DNA of 64,000 nucleotides from an uncultured Methanoregulaceae archaeon (GTDB lineage: Archaea > Halobacteriota > Methanomicrobia > Methanomicrobiales > Methanospirillaceae): the NCBI GenBank assembly GCA_963733045.1, contig CAVTBZ010000003.1, forward strand, positions 31,223 through 95,222. The letters run 5' to 3'. A program made the position numbers and the translations under genes. Positions within the stretch are counted from its first letter, which is position 1, and every line of letters begins with the position of its first letter. This document shows positions 46,976-59,017 of the stretch, piece after piece. The notes below the pieces were generated by a model. The model saw nothing but the letters and a program-made list of their open reading frames with translations. It was not told the origin of the DNA and did no database searches.

Positions 46976-48777
46976 ATGCCCAAATTATTCCACAAATGCA
47001 CGAAAATGAAATTCTTCATTGCCTGTGTTCTGGTCTCCCTCTTGGTTTTAACGGGCGGCTGCATGTACCAGTCCACCCCGGCAAACGAATCTTCGAATAA
47101 TGGCAGCCCCCGTTTTACCGCAATCGCCTCCTTGGGAGTTGCCAATCTGGCATTGAGAACAGATGGAAAGGTTGTGTGTTGGGGATTGAATGATGCAGGG
47201 ATTATGTGATATCCCCTCCAATCTTACCGATGTTAAATCTATTTCCTCTACGAACTTTGCTGTAAAAAATGACGGCACAATTGCTACGTGGGGACTGGCA
47301 AATAAAAGTCCGATCCCTTCAAATTTAGCGAATGTTGTTGCTGTCACACGATCACAATTCTTTAACATCGCACTCAAGGGTGATGGTACCTTAGTGGCAT
47401 GGTCGCCGTCGGATTCTCCTGAGTTTTACAAGCCGGAATCGGATGCACAATTCGCGAGAATCGCAAACCAGTCGGGTCTCACCAGTGTCTCCGGCAATCT
47501 CGGGCTGAAAAAAGATGGCACGGTTGTTACTTGGTATATTAATGGATGGAATGTTAGTGAAAATATCCAACCTTCATTTCCAGATCTGTCAAATATAATC
47601 GCAATATCTAATCAGGGTGAGTACTATGCGGCCCTGAGAAAGGATGGAACAGTTGTGGCATGGAAGGTCCTGGATACAGGCCCAGAGAATGCTGGTACGG
47701 TTGTCCCGATACATGTTGTGAATAATTTAACAGAAATACGAGCGATATCGGCAGGGTATGACCACGGTCTTGCCTTGAGACAGGACGGAACCGTTTTCTC
47801 ATGGACAGAGGATTCTCTGCGATCACAAAATCTCACCGATATCGCTGAAATTTCAGCGAGCGGGTATACCGATCTTGCCCTGAAGAATGACGGTTCGATC
47901 ATCGCATGGGGTAGTAATGAGTACGGCCAGTTATTCACACCGGGCAAACTTAGTAATGTGAAATCAATATCTCCCGAAAATCGACGTATTCTGGTCCTGA
48001 GAAATGATGGAACAATTGTAACTTGGGATAATGGGTTTAAGGGTTTATGTTGCGTGTATGGGCATGAGACCGGAAGGTGTCAGGAATGTAACTGGGATAC
48101 GTTCCGAAGGTTATCAAAATCTCATTCTCATGAACAACGACACCATCTATAGATGGGGAGACGACGAATTTGGTCCATACCCGGTGAAACGTATTCCCCA
48201 TAAATACCTAACACTTTTCGGTGGAGGCAATGCGCTGTTCGCGCTGAAAAACGGGAACCTTGTTGTCCTGAGTTATAACCTGACCGGTTACAATATCTCG
48301 CAACGACTGGACAATGTAACCGATGTTTCCTCGATATATGGTCAACATACTGTCGCACTGAAAACTGATGGATCGGTCACGGCATGGGGAAATAATATGC
48401 AAGGACAAAACAATGTTCCCCGCAATCTTACCGGAGTTGTAGCGGTATCAGAAGGATGGGGCTATGATCTTGCCCTGAAAAAAGATGGAACTGTTGTCGG
48501 ATGGGGTGATAATGCGGCGGGGCAAACCGATATTCCGAAAGGGTTGACTGATGTAACGGCAATCGCAGCGGGATTTAGTCAAAGCCTTGCCCTGAAAAAA
48601 GATGGGACTGTAGTATGCTGGGGAGGTAATAAAAGGGGTGAATGCAATGTCCCGGAAAATTTACATGATGTTGTTGCCATCGCAGCGGCTAATGGTCAGA
48701 GTCTTGCCCTGAAAAAAGACGGGACTGTTGTTGCATGGGGCCAGCTGAGTAATCCCGGACTGGAGTGGATGAATTGA
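46976..48777 (+). CDS. RCC1/BLIP-II repeat protein with lipoprotein-like signal, frameshifted
   Basis: LVLTGGC signal; many ALKKDGTVVxWG repeats. Confidence 0.85.
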
Positions 48778-48962
48778 GATGACTGAGAAAAAATCATGTA
48801 AGGATTATCTCCTTAACTTTTCTGGTAAATGACATGAGCCAATGGTTCATCACCTCCCAAAAAATGAAATTCTTAATTGCCTGTGTTCTGGTCTCCTTGC
48901 TCACCAGCGTTATATCAGAAGAGAATAAAAAAGAGTGTAAAAAGAAAATTCTGCTGAAACCG

Positions 48963-49311
48963 CTATGAAAATGGATCCGATGTGTCACATGTTTTCTTGG
49001 CTTCTGCAATCTCTTTATCTATCCAGTCCTGAATGAGGAGTTTTATTTCCTGGTTATTCATGCCCGGAATAATAGCGGATCCTGATCTCAACTTCAAGCA
49101 GATCCAGGAGCGGCTGTACCGTGCAAAAATACGATTCCGTGCAGGTAAATCCTCCGCCTTTATCGATGTGGAGCATGATCAGCTCGTTCAGGTGTTCGAT
49201 CTCTCCGGTGAGATCGATAATTTTTTCCAGTGTCATTCCGACTTCAGGAGGTACACTATCATCAGCCTGCAGTATCATTGTTTCCCGGAATATCGCAGTT
49301 ATTATTTCCAT
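48963..49311 (-). CDS. Hypothetical protein, probably frameshifted
   Basis: ORF 49054-49311 with a plausible continuation in another frame. Confidence 0.4.
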
Positions 49312-49503
49312 GTTGGTCCGGCATTTCGGTTCTCATCCATTGAATCACAAACCTGTCTGACAGACTTAAAAGGCATAGAAGAACAGGTGATTTACAAACC
49401 TCTTGTCCGTAAGAATTTATATTTTCTCTCCTGCAGTTCAGACCAGAAAGGTTAATCTTCTGAACGGTACTCTCCTTTTTAAAGCTTATAAAGATGTGAT
49501 CCT

Positions 49504-50208
49504 ATGTCAAGTGAAGCACTCCTCGTTATAGAAGGGCTCTGGTGGACTCCGGAACAAAAACCCAAACGCCCGTCAGTCCTGCAATTTTTGGAAGGATTGG
49601 AAAGTTACCGTGGGGATTTCAACATCTATTACGCGAACTTTTATGAAAAAACCGGTTTCCGCCGGGCACTTGAGGATGATTTGACAAACACCCGCGAAGA
49701 CCGTCTGTTCCTGTATGTTGCTGCGCACGGGACCGGTAAACGTATCGGGGGCTTAAAATCAAAGACCGGTATGAAACTTCCTGCAATGTTCAAAGCAGTG
49801 CGAAGTGCGGCCAATTATGCAAATATTGAAGGTGTGCTTATCGGATCCTGCAGTGTGGGTAACAATATCAATGATTTCATTTCAACAACGAAAAATTCGC
49901 ATATTGCATGGATCTTCGGGTATACCTGTGAAATAGGATGGATGGCAAGCACGCTTATCGATGTCTCAATCTTTGAACACCTGATGAAACTGAAAAAAAG
50001 CGACCTGAAAAGCAGGAAAAAGATCCTCGATGCCTTTGAAAAAGCCCTTCAGCGTTTCAACGGTAATTGTGTATTGTGCAAGGAAAAAGGAAAAAATATC
50101 CTGCTGAAAGATGCGATAACGCTGGTCGTGCAGCCCCGCAGTGCCGGGTACAAGGCACAGGACGAGACAGGAACCCTGATTGAAAAGCTCGGCTGGAACA
50201 AAAAATGA
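49504..50208 (+). CDS. Hypothetical protein with caspase/CHAT-like His-Gly and Cys motifs (DUF6642-like)
   Basis: LFLYVAAHG, VLIGSC, IFGYTCEIGW. Confidence 0.65.
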   Translation: MSSEALLVIEGLWWTPEQKPKRPSVLQFLEGLESYRGDFNIYYANFYEKTGFRRALEDDLTNTREDRLFLYVAAHGTGKRIGGLKSKTGMKLPAMFKAVRSAANYANIEGVLIGSCSVGNNINDFISTTKNSHIAWIFGYTCEIGWMASTLIDVSIFEHLMKLKKSDLKSRKKILDAFEKALQRFNGNCVLCKEKGKNILLKDAITLVVQPRSAGYKAQDETGTLIEKLGWNKK

Positions 50209-50229
50209 GGTATGTAGCTTTTTAAAAAC

Positions 50230-50668
50230 AAATACATATCCGACTCGAACATATCCGACTCGAAAAAAATAGAAAATTATCTTGCACCCGTTATCTCTTC
50301 CATCGGGGCCATGATACTCCTCCGCTACGCTTCGGACGGGCACCTGGATCAGCTGATATGCTCTGGTTCCTGCCCGTCCCCATCTCAATGGGCCTATCCT
50401 GCCACGCTCCCTCCCCCCGGGGGATGGTGAGCGTAAAGGGGGGTAATATTTCTTCTGGAATCCTCCTGGAAGGATTATAGATTCGTTCTGATGGTGCCAA
50501 ATGAATCTATCGGGAAAAGAGCCGATCCTGGCGGGCTCGAAGCACCCGCCTTTGATCTTGATATCTATGCACCGAATAGAATTTCTTATGTCGAAGAAAT
50601 TTAGGGATTTCCAAGAGTCAGATAAAATAAATTTTAAAATAATCACCGTTGACCGTGTATTATTAAAA
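50230..50668 (-). repeat. Structured dispersed repeat family B, copy 2
   Basis: Reverse complement matches 33612-34058, e.g. tcagctgatccaggtgcccgtccgaagcg is identical. Confidence 0.8.
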
Positions 50669-50679
50669 AAAATTGTGCT

Positions 50680-51988
50680 TTACGCAAACATAGCGCCTTC
50701 AACGTCGTCTGAACCGCGGTGGAAGTCTATACGGATTTTTGTTATTGCAGACTGGAAATCTTCCTGCGTAATTGCTGGGCGCTCCTTCCTGATTGCAAAC
50801 ATACCGGCTTCCATGCAGATTGCACGAAGATCTGCACCGTTTTTGCCTTCTGTTTGTTTTGCAACTTCTTCGAGGTTCACACTCTCATCAATTGTCAGCG
50901 CCCGGCAATGGACTTTTAAGATTGACAGGCGTCCCTTTTCATCCGGTAGCGGGATCTCGATAATCCGGTCAAAACGCCGGCCGGAGCAGTGCCCGGTCGA
51001 GGATGTCTATCCGGTTTGTCGCACCGATGATTTTCACATCGCCCCGGTTCTCAAACCCGTCCATGCCTGCAAGGAGCTGCATGAGCGTACGCTGGACTTC
51101 CCGGTCACCGGAGGTATTTGCCTCGGTCCGGGACGCGCCAACGGCATCTATTTCATCGATAAAGATAATGGTCGGGGCCTTTTTCTTGGCAAGATCGAAC
51201 AGCTCCCGGACCAGTCGCGCACCTTCCCCTATATATTTCTGGACAAGCTCGGATCCCACCACCCGCATGAAGTGGGCATTGGTCTCGTGGGCTACGGCTT
51301 TTGCAAGCAAGGTCTTTCCTGTGCCCGGAGGTCCGTGGAGGAGCACACCCTTTGGAGGATCCACACCGATCCGGAGGAAAAGGTCGGGACGCTTCAGCGG
51401 CAGTTCGACGGCTTCAACTATTTCATTTATCTGTTCTTCAAGACCGCCGATATCTGCATAGGTTTCCTGCGGGGAATCCACCAGTTCCATGCCATATATC
51501 TGCGCATCGAAGCTGGAGGGAATAATCTCAACTATCGCCAGCGACTGCTGGTTGAGGGTGCAGCGGACACCGGGCTTGAGTTCCTCGGCATTGATGGATG
51601 GAGAACTCCGTACCATAAATCGTGGGCCTGCACTGCTCCTGACTATCACCCTTGATGAGTCCACTACATCAGTGATTGTACCGATAATCAGCGGGGGGCT
51701 GCGGAGCTGCTCGCTCTCGCTCTTGAGTTTCCGTACCTCCCGTTCGTACCGGATCTTCTGGGTCTCAATATATCGTTTATCTGCCTCAACCTGTCGTAAC
51801 TGTTCGCGGAGTTCAAGGTTGCGGGATTCGAGGTTTCCGACACGCTCAAGCATCTGCACTTCGAGGTCGTGCTTGTCATTTTCTATCTGGCTCAGTTGTC
51901 CCCGAAGCTGCTCTGAAAGGGTACGATACAGCCTGTAGAGCTCTTCTGGCGTCTGAGGATCCGGTGACTGGTGGAGAATGTCTCCCAT
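50680..51988 (-). CDS. pan: Proteasome-activating nucleotidase, frameshifted
   Basis: Coiled coil, [30 protein letters not shown]-terminal HbYX-like MFA. Confidence 0.95.
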
Positions 51989-52043
51989 TTTGTTTCTCAA
52001 TTCAGCTATATAGGGAAACTGCATATAAAGTGTTTGTGAGAAT

Positions 52044-52557
52044 ATGCAGTGCGAAATGTGTGGAGAAACGATTCGCGGCGCCGCGAAATTAGTCCGTATA
52101 GAGGGTGCCGAATTACAGGTATGTAACAGATGTGAAAAATTCGGCACCGAAGTGCAGCAGGTGCGGCGCACCGATCTTGTGCGTCCGGGTGCTGCACCTC
52201 CCCGCCCGGGGAGATCTGCGACAGCAGCAGTGCCCGCCGAACGGAGAAAACGGGATCTCTTTGATTACATGGAAGGAGAGATTGTCGAGGATTATGCAGC
52301 CCGCATACGGAAAGCACGGATGGATAAAGGGCTTTCCTCAAAAGATCTCAGCTATGATGATTAAGGAACGTGAACACCTTATCAAAAAGATCGAGAACAG
52401 CGAGCTGATGCCAGAGGAAGACGTGCGGAAAAAACTTGAGAAGGTCCTTGAGATACGACTCATCGATGCACCGGAAACGGAAGCAGAGAAAAAGGTGCAG
52501 AGTAAACTTACTCCCACACTGGGCGATCTTACCATCATTAAAAAAGTAAAGAAATAA
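52044..52557 (+). CDS. Archaeal multiprotein bridging factor aMBF1, frameshifted
   Basis: CEMCG...CNRC zinc ribbon, HTH, TLGD; divergent from pan. Confidence 0.9.
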
Positions 52558-52758
52558 CCCTTTTTTCGCGATCAATAACCCGCTGATGTTTATTGGCCTC
52601 AGGTGATTCATCATTGGTCATCCGGATGGGATGACATCTGGTTTTTCTATCATGTATTTCATTGATTTTTTATTTTTTACGGGATTTGTTGGTGAATTGT
52701 GACTTTGTATCAGGTTTAGATAGAATCAAAGCAAAAAAAAGGATTTAGTGAACCAGGT

Positions 52759-53958
52759 ATGGTTTCTCTCTCTGTGCTGAAGAGTTCACTGGCATTCAGG
52801 TTAATTCTCCTGATGGGAATAGTAAGTCTCTTTGGTGATATCGTCTATGAAGGCAGCCGAAGTATCGCCGGACCCTATCTCCTTTACCTTGGGGCTTCTG
52901 CATTTACCGTTGCATTCATTGCCGGTTTTGGCGAATTCATCGGCTACGCAGTACGGCTGGTATCCGGATACTTTGCCGACCGGACGCGGTCGTACTGGAC
53001 ATTTGTCATTATTGGCTACCTCATGATTGGTGCAATTCCCTTCCTGGTTTTTGCCCGGGCATGGGAAGCCGCTGCGGTGCTGATAATCATCGAGCGTCTG
53101 GGTAAAGGGATCCGGTCACCGGCTAAAGATACTATCGTTTCCCATGCTTCCCATCAGATCGGGCGGGGGTGGGGATTTGGCATCCATGAAGCTCTTGACC
53201 AGATTGGGGCGGTATTGGGTCCCCTGATCTTTGCTGCTTCGATTGCAGTGACCGGAGGGTACCAGGAAGGGTTTGCACTGCTCTCGCTGCCGTTTATCCT
53301 GCTCATCGCGGCACTGGTTCTCGCATACCGGAATGTTCCGGATCCTTCTTTGCTGGAAAATTACGAGAATAAGAGGGAACCTGCGGATGCAGACCAGTTC
53401 CCCCGCCTTCTGCTGCCCTATGGCATATTCACCGCGCTGACAATGGCCGGGTTCATCGTCTTCCCGTTGATTGCCTACCATTTCAATGCAACATCAGTTG
53501 TTCCCGAAGTCCAGATACCCGTCTTTTACGCGATCGCCATGGCTGCGGATGCTTTCTTTGCCCTTGCTATCGGCAGGCTGTATGATCAAAAAGGGATACG
53601 TGTTCTGCTCGTAGTGCCGCTCGTGAACATTCCTGTTGCAGTGCTGGTATTTTCAAGCGGGTATTACGGAGCGCTGGCAGGTGCCATCCTCTGGGGACTT
53701 TCAATGGGAGCACAGGAAACTATTCTCCGGGCAGCACTTGCGGATCTCACCTCAATAAAAAAACGGGGCACAGCCTATGGCATTTTCAATACTCTCTATG
53801 GCGGAGCCTGGTTTGCCGGGAGTCTTGTGCTCGGCTGGCTCTATGAAATAAATCTTGATGTCCTTGTCGGATATTCTGTCCTCATGCAGATCGCGGCTCT
53901 TGGAGCATTCCTCTGGCTCTGGAAATCTGCGCAACCCACTATTGGCAAACAGAACTAG
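52759..53958 (+). CDS. MFS transporter
   Basis: Multi-TM, SGYFADRT, ERLGKGIRSPAKD. Confidence 0.92.
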   Translation: MVSLSVLKSSLAFRLILLMGIVSLFGDIVYEGSRSIAGPYLLYLGASAFTVAFIAGFGEFIGYAVRLVSGYFADRTRSYWTFVIIGYLMIGAIPFLVFARAWEAAAVLIIIERLGKGIRSPAKDTIVSHASHQIGRGWGFGIHEALDQIGAVLGPLIFAASIAVTGGYQEGFALLSLPFILLIAALVLAYRNVPDPSLLENYENKREPADADQFPRLLLPYGIFTALTMAGFIVFPLIAYHFNATSVVPEVQIPVFYAIAMAADAFFALAIGRLYDQKGIRVLLVVPLVNIPVAVLVFSSGYYGALAGAILWGLSMGAQETILRAALADLTSIKKRGTAYGIFNTLYGGAWFAGSLVLGWLYEINLDVLVGYSVLMQIAALGAFLWLWKSAQPTIGKQN

Positions 53959-54003
53959 TTTTTTACTTTTTCCGGTGACTATTCAGGCCTGCGATTCATC
54001 ATC

Positions 54004-54444
54004 GTGAATGAAAATCTTCACCAGCATAGTGATTCAAAGGGTCTTTTAAGGAGAGTGAGGCAGGTGACAAGGAAGAATGATCTCCCTGCCGTTTTAGAAG
54101 TGTTCGCCAATCCGCTCATCGTCAAAGTCTTCTACAACCTGATAGAAAATGCCATGCAGTACGGCGGGAACATCACGACAATCCGGTTCACTGTCGAGGA
54201 CCGCGACAGGGACCGGATGATCGTCTGCGAGGATGATGGTGTGGGTGTCCCGGCCAGTGAGAAGGAGAAGATCTTCGAACGGGGATTCGGGAAGAACACC
54301 GGGCTTGGTTTAGCCCTGTCACGGGAAATTCTTGCGATCACCGGTATCACCATCCGTGAAACCGGGGAAATTGGGAAAGGGGCACGGTTTGAGATTGCGT
54401 TGCCGGAGGGGGCGTGGCGGAACGCGGGTAGAGGCAATACCTAA
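54004..54444 (+). pseudogene. Orphan HATPase_c fragment of a histidine kinase
   Basis: NLIENA, DDGVG, GFGKNTGLGL with no H-box or sensor domain. Confidence 0.7.
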
Positions 54445-54548
54445 CCGGAATATGGTTTATCACCTTTTCATTCCTGGTTGATTCGTCCGGAAATAATACA
54501 TCATGGGGTGGGGGTGATCCCTTCCGATTCGATGAAGTTGAGATTGTG

Positions 54549-55115
54549 TCACCCGGAAGGAGGAGAGTTTAAGGTTGTATCACGGAGCAGGATCGCAAGG
54601 ATAAATGCAATACATGCTCCGAGTACACCAGAAGTTATCCAAAATATCAGATCATGTTCAGCCTGTTTAAAAAAACCACTATTTCCTTTGCCCTGCAGGG
54701 GGACGGAAATCATCTGCCGGGTCATTGCTCCTGAGAGCGGGTCAGAGGCAATCAGCATGAATGTACCGGATGGAAACTCCTTAACTTCGACTGATGTGCG
54801 GTAAATACAGGTGTTATCTGATGTGCATACTCCATCAATTCTTGGGATTGGGAAACTTCCGAGCCGTGAACCATCCTGTACAAAAAACACATCTATCATA
54901 ATTTGTTCGGGTGGTTTATTGTATGAAACATATCCATTCCAGGTAACCGAGAGGATAATGGTGGGATTCTGATCCGAGACCTCAAGGAGCAGTGATGGCT
55001 GGATTGGAGGTGTGGATGCCGTACATGCTACAGGCAAAAAAAAGAGAACCAATATAATGAGAGCACTATCCAATTGCATACTTCTGCAGACTTCAGAACG
55101 CATGAAAAGCGCCAT
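54549..55115 (-). CDS. Hypothetical secreted or membrane-anchored protein
   Basis: N-terminal signal and C-terminal TM. Confidence 0.6.
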   Translation of the reverse strand: MALFMRSEVCRSMQLDSALIILVLFFLPVACTASTPPIQPSLLLEVSDQNPTIILSVTWNGYVSYNKPPEQIMIDVFFVQDGSRLGSFPIPRIDGVCTSDNTCIYRTSVEVKEFPSGTFMLIASDPLSGAMTRQMISVPLQGKGNSGFFKQAEHDLIFWITSGVLGACIAFILAILLRDTTLNSPPSG

Positions 55116-55480
55116 ATACGTAATGGGGTTTTTTAGTCAGGATAGACTTTTCGGTCATGTATACGTCCCTCACTGCAGGATAATAAATACCCTCATCCGG
55201 TTCCTTGTGCCGGTGGGTGGCCGGTTTAAGCAGTGGTATCAGCGGGATCTGTTTTCCGCTCCTGTAAAATTATAAAAACAATACAAACCCCGTATTTTTA
55301 AATTGCATTTTTTCAATACTGATTTTCCTGTTTTAATACCAGAATTTTTTTTTACGGGTGAAAAAAAGATACAATATCCAAAGAACTATACCCGATTCTT
55401 TACTACTATACAACGAACATCAGGTGCTCAAATTCATTCCCTCTCCGGGAATTTTTTGATCCAGGTGGTTTGATATAATT

Positions 55481-57218
55481 ATGAATATCCCCTTGGGGAA
55501 TGATCGCTGCATGTCTCACATTCCGCGTATCGCTATTTTAGCAGTAATTGTGGGTGTCTTCCTGCTCGCACTCTGCCAGCCGGTTGTTGCGGCACGTGAT
55601 GTCAGGGTGGCGATCCACGAGATCCGGCCTTCACTTTATACCGATGAACAGGGAAAGCCCGCGGGAATTTTTGTTGACCTGATCCAGAACATTGCCAAAA
55701 AGGAAGACTGGAATCTCATATACGTTCACGGCACATTCCAGGAAAACCTTGATCGTCTTTCCTCCGGCCAGATAGACCTCGTTATGGCGCTGACCGACAC
55801 TCCGGAACGGGAAAATGTCTACGATTTCAACCGCGAGGCGGCAGTCTCTTCCTGGACGCAGGTCTATGCAGCACCGGGAACAGACATCAATACAATCCTT
55901 GATATTGACGGAAAGTGTGTTGCGGTTCTCAAGGGAGATGTCAACGCGATCTCATTCCGGGATTATGCGACAAAATTCAACATAAATCCCACGTACATTG
56001 AACTAGGCACCCTGAGCGAGGTTTTCGAACAGACCGCTGCAGGAAACGCGGATATCGCAGTTGCGAGCCGGGTGGCAGGCCAGTATTATGAACAGAAATA
56101 CGGTCTTTTCGCGACCCCCGTGATGTTCTTTCCCAATCCTCTTGGTTTTGCGGTGCCGAAAGGAAAGAACGAGGATCTCCTGCAGGCTATCGACCGCTAC
56201 CTCATAAAAGAAAAGCGCGACCCTTCTTCTTATTACAGCCTGACGATGCAGAAATGGTTTGGTGAAGAATCAGGCTGGGTTATCCCGCCCTATATCTTGT
56301 GGGGCCTTGGCGTAACAACCAGCCTGGTTGCCCTCTTTTTAGTTATGAGTCTGATTCTCAGGCGGAATGTCATGAGCAAGACTGCCGAACTTTTCCGGCA
56401 GAATGAGGAACTGCAGTCAGAGGTTGCCAGCCGTACACGGGCAGAAACAGAGCTGGTCCGGAAAAATGAGGAACTGCAGGCTGCATACGAGGAGCTGACT
56501 TCAATTGAGGATGAGCCTGCGGGTGAACTTTTATGAACTTGCCAAAAGCGAAAAGGCCCTCAGCATGGCGAGGAAAAAACTGAACCTTTTGAATACGCTC
56601 ACGTTCCAGGATATCCAGAACGGAATATTTTCGCTGTCCGGTTTTATTGAACTTGCAAAGGAAGCCGGGTGCAACGAGCCCGCAAAGACATACCTCGTGA
56701 GAGGGGTGGCAATCATGCGTTCTGTCGAAAGCTCCCTGCGCTTTGCGAAAAATTACCAGGATATGGGGATCAGCCAGCCCAAATGGCTGAACGTAAATTA
56801 CGTTTTTACCTATGCGATCTCCCATCTTGATTTTTCCCGGTATTCACGGACAATGAACCTTGGTGATCTCGAAATCTATGCCGATTCCCTTCTTGAGAAT
56901 GTCTTCTATAACCTCATGGAAAATATCGTCAGGCACGCCACCGGGGCAACCATGGTCAGCCTGACCTACCGGGAAACTCCGGACGGCATCACGATCCTGA
57001 TCGAGGATAATGGCCCTGGCATCCCGGCATCGTCAAAGGAAAAGATTTTCGAACGGGGATATAATGGCCGGGATGGGTCCGGGCTGTTCCTTGTCCGCGA
57101 GATCCTTTCTATCACCGGTATCGCTATACAGGAAACCGGCACTGAAGGAGTCGGGGCCAGGTTCGAACTCCTTGTGCCGAAGGGTGCATACCGGTTCCAA
57201 AAAAAGGGTTCGGTCTGA
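55481..57218 (+). CDS. Sensor histidine kinase with extracellular family-3 substrate-binding domain, frameshifted
   Basis: GIFVDL/FAVPKG binding domain, TM, coiled coil, NLMENI, DNGPG, GSGLF. Confidence 0.85.
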
Positions 57219-57420
57219 AGCCGGGCGTGCGAACCAATGGGAATATACGGGAAAAAAAAGCATCTGAAATCCCATTTTAGTCTCCTGTGGGGCAACCTCA
57301 ATCCAGATGCAGGTTTCAAAGTACCAGGGGAACGTGAAGGGAATACTGGCTAATCCAAAGTTCAGCAACTCTATATCAGATCGGCTCTGATATTCCGGTC
57401 AGCATACCGGTGATTGTTCC

Positions 57421-58033
57421 ATGGCGATGATCCCCCAGCTTCCCATTTCCTCTTCCGGGTACTGAGGCATTCCTCTTTGCCATAGCGTTCTTCGGATGGA
57501 TCGCAAGTGAGATCATCGGGGCCACGATCCTTCCCCGGCTCCGCCGCCACCGCGAAGGGACAAAACTTGAGACGAAGGACCGGCGGTCAGGGCTGGTCGT
57601 GATTATCGGACTCATCGCAGCAATTTACCTTGCTTTTGGTCTTTCCCTTGCAGGAATTGCACTCTTGCCCGACTGGTTGTTTTACCCCGGGATTGCGCTC
57701 ATGGTCCTGGGGATCTTTCTCCGGCAGTGGTCCATTTCGCTCCTCGGCGGGTTCTTCTCCGCGCTCATCAGTGTCCAGGAAGGCCAGACCATCATCAGGA
57801 AAGGGCCGTACCGCTACGTCCGCCACCCGTCCTACACGGGAGCAATTATGATCTTTACCGGGATAGGACTTGCCATCCTGTCATGGGGAGCGGTACTCGT
57901 CCTGCTGCTGGCTTCATGTATTGTGTACGGTTACCGGATCAAGGTAGAGGAGAAAGCGCTGGTCGCGAAGTTCGGGGAGGAGTATAGGGCGTATATTGAA
58001 GAGACGAAGATGCTGATCCCGTTTATGCTGTGA
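57421..58033 (+). CDS. Isoprenylcysteine carboxyl methyltransferase family protein, frameshifted near start
   Basis: GPYRYVRHPSYTG, RIKVEEKAL...FGEEY. Confidence 0.88.
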
Positions 58034-58153
58034 AGAAGCAGGTGATCTGGTAAGATAGGTCCGGCGTAGCCTCATGATGTCGTGATATGATTAAGGTGCG
58101 GCAAATCCCATTCCTGTTAACAAACGTCTCACTCATAACCGGTGTTGAACTGC

Positions 58154-58814
58154 ATGGTATTTGCGGAAGATATCCTCCAGACTGTTATCAAAAAATATCC
58201 CGGTTGCGCAGCCTGGGCAGTCTCCATTCCATTGCTGGATACGCGGGAACGGGAATTTTTTTCCCGGTTCTTTCCGGCATCCGGAACAGCGATCGTGCTT
58301 GGTTATCATATTGTGAGAAAAGATGAATGGACATGGTTTGAAAAGGAAGACGGGCTGCATCACTGCGATGCAGATGATCACAGTAAAAAAATCTGTACAG
58401 AGATCGCAGAGACTCTTGGAGTTCATGGATTCCGGACGGATCTGATCCCGTACCCCGGAGAGAGTGGCCTGCAATTCCGGTCGGTTGCACAGGCCGCAGG
58501 AGCGGGCAGGATCGGGATCAATGTCTTTCTGTTGCACCCTCTCTGGGGCCCGTGGATCCAGCTCGAATGTTCTTGCGACCGATGCGCCGTCACGGTACCG
58601 TCCGGTATGTTACCCGCCTGTCTGCACCCGCTGTGGTGAATGTATCGTATCGTGTCCGGGAGGAGCAATCCGGGAAGATTCATTTGACGGGCTCCGCTGC
58701 CGCAGTTACCGTACAGAAAAAGGGGAGTATGTCCCGATCGGGCCGGAGAAGGAATTCAGGTACTGTACGATATGTGCCGATGTCTGCCCGGTTGGCCGGA
58801 AACCTCAAGGGTAA
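58154..58814 (+). CDS. Epoxyqueuosine reductase-like 4Fe-4S protein, frameshifted
   Basis: AAGAGRIG, HPLWGPW, CTRCGECIVSCP, CTICADVCP. Confidence 0.8.
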
Positions 58815-58815
58815 G

Positions 58816-58927
58816 TCCGGTGATTGTCCCATAATGATAATTCCCCAGCTTCCCATTTTCTCTTCCGGTACTGGGACACTCCTCCTTGCCATGGTGTTTG
58901 AAGGATAGATCGCAAGCGAATCACAGG
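58816..58927 (+). repeat. Degenerate duplicate of the ICMT gene 5' end (57405-57520)
   Basis: ccggtgattgt..., ccccagcttcccatt, tcttccgg and gatcgcaag shared. Confidence 0.75.
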
Positions 58928-59017
58928 ATTCAAAGGTTCTGACAGTGGAGAGCCGATGTTCAATATCCCCAGAAAATGATTGCCGGTAATCTACAATAGG
59001 TTCTGCAATTTCTTATC

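Noticed and set aside
50501-51655. 384-aa plus-strand ORF
   Set aside because: Antisense shadow of pan
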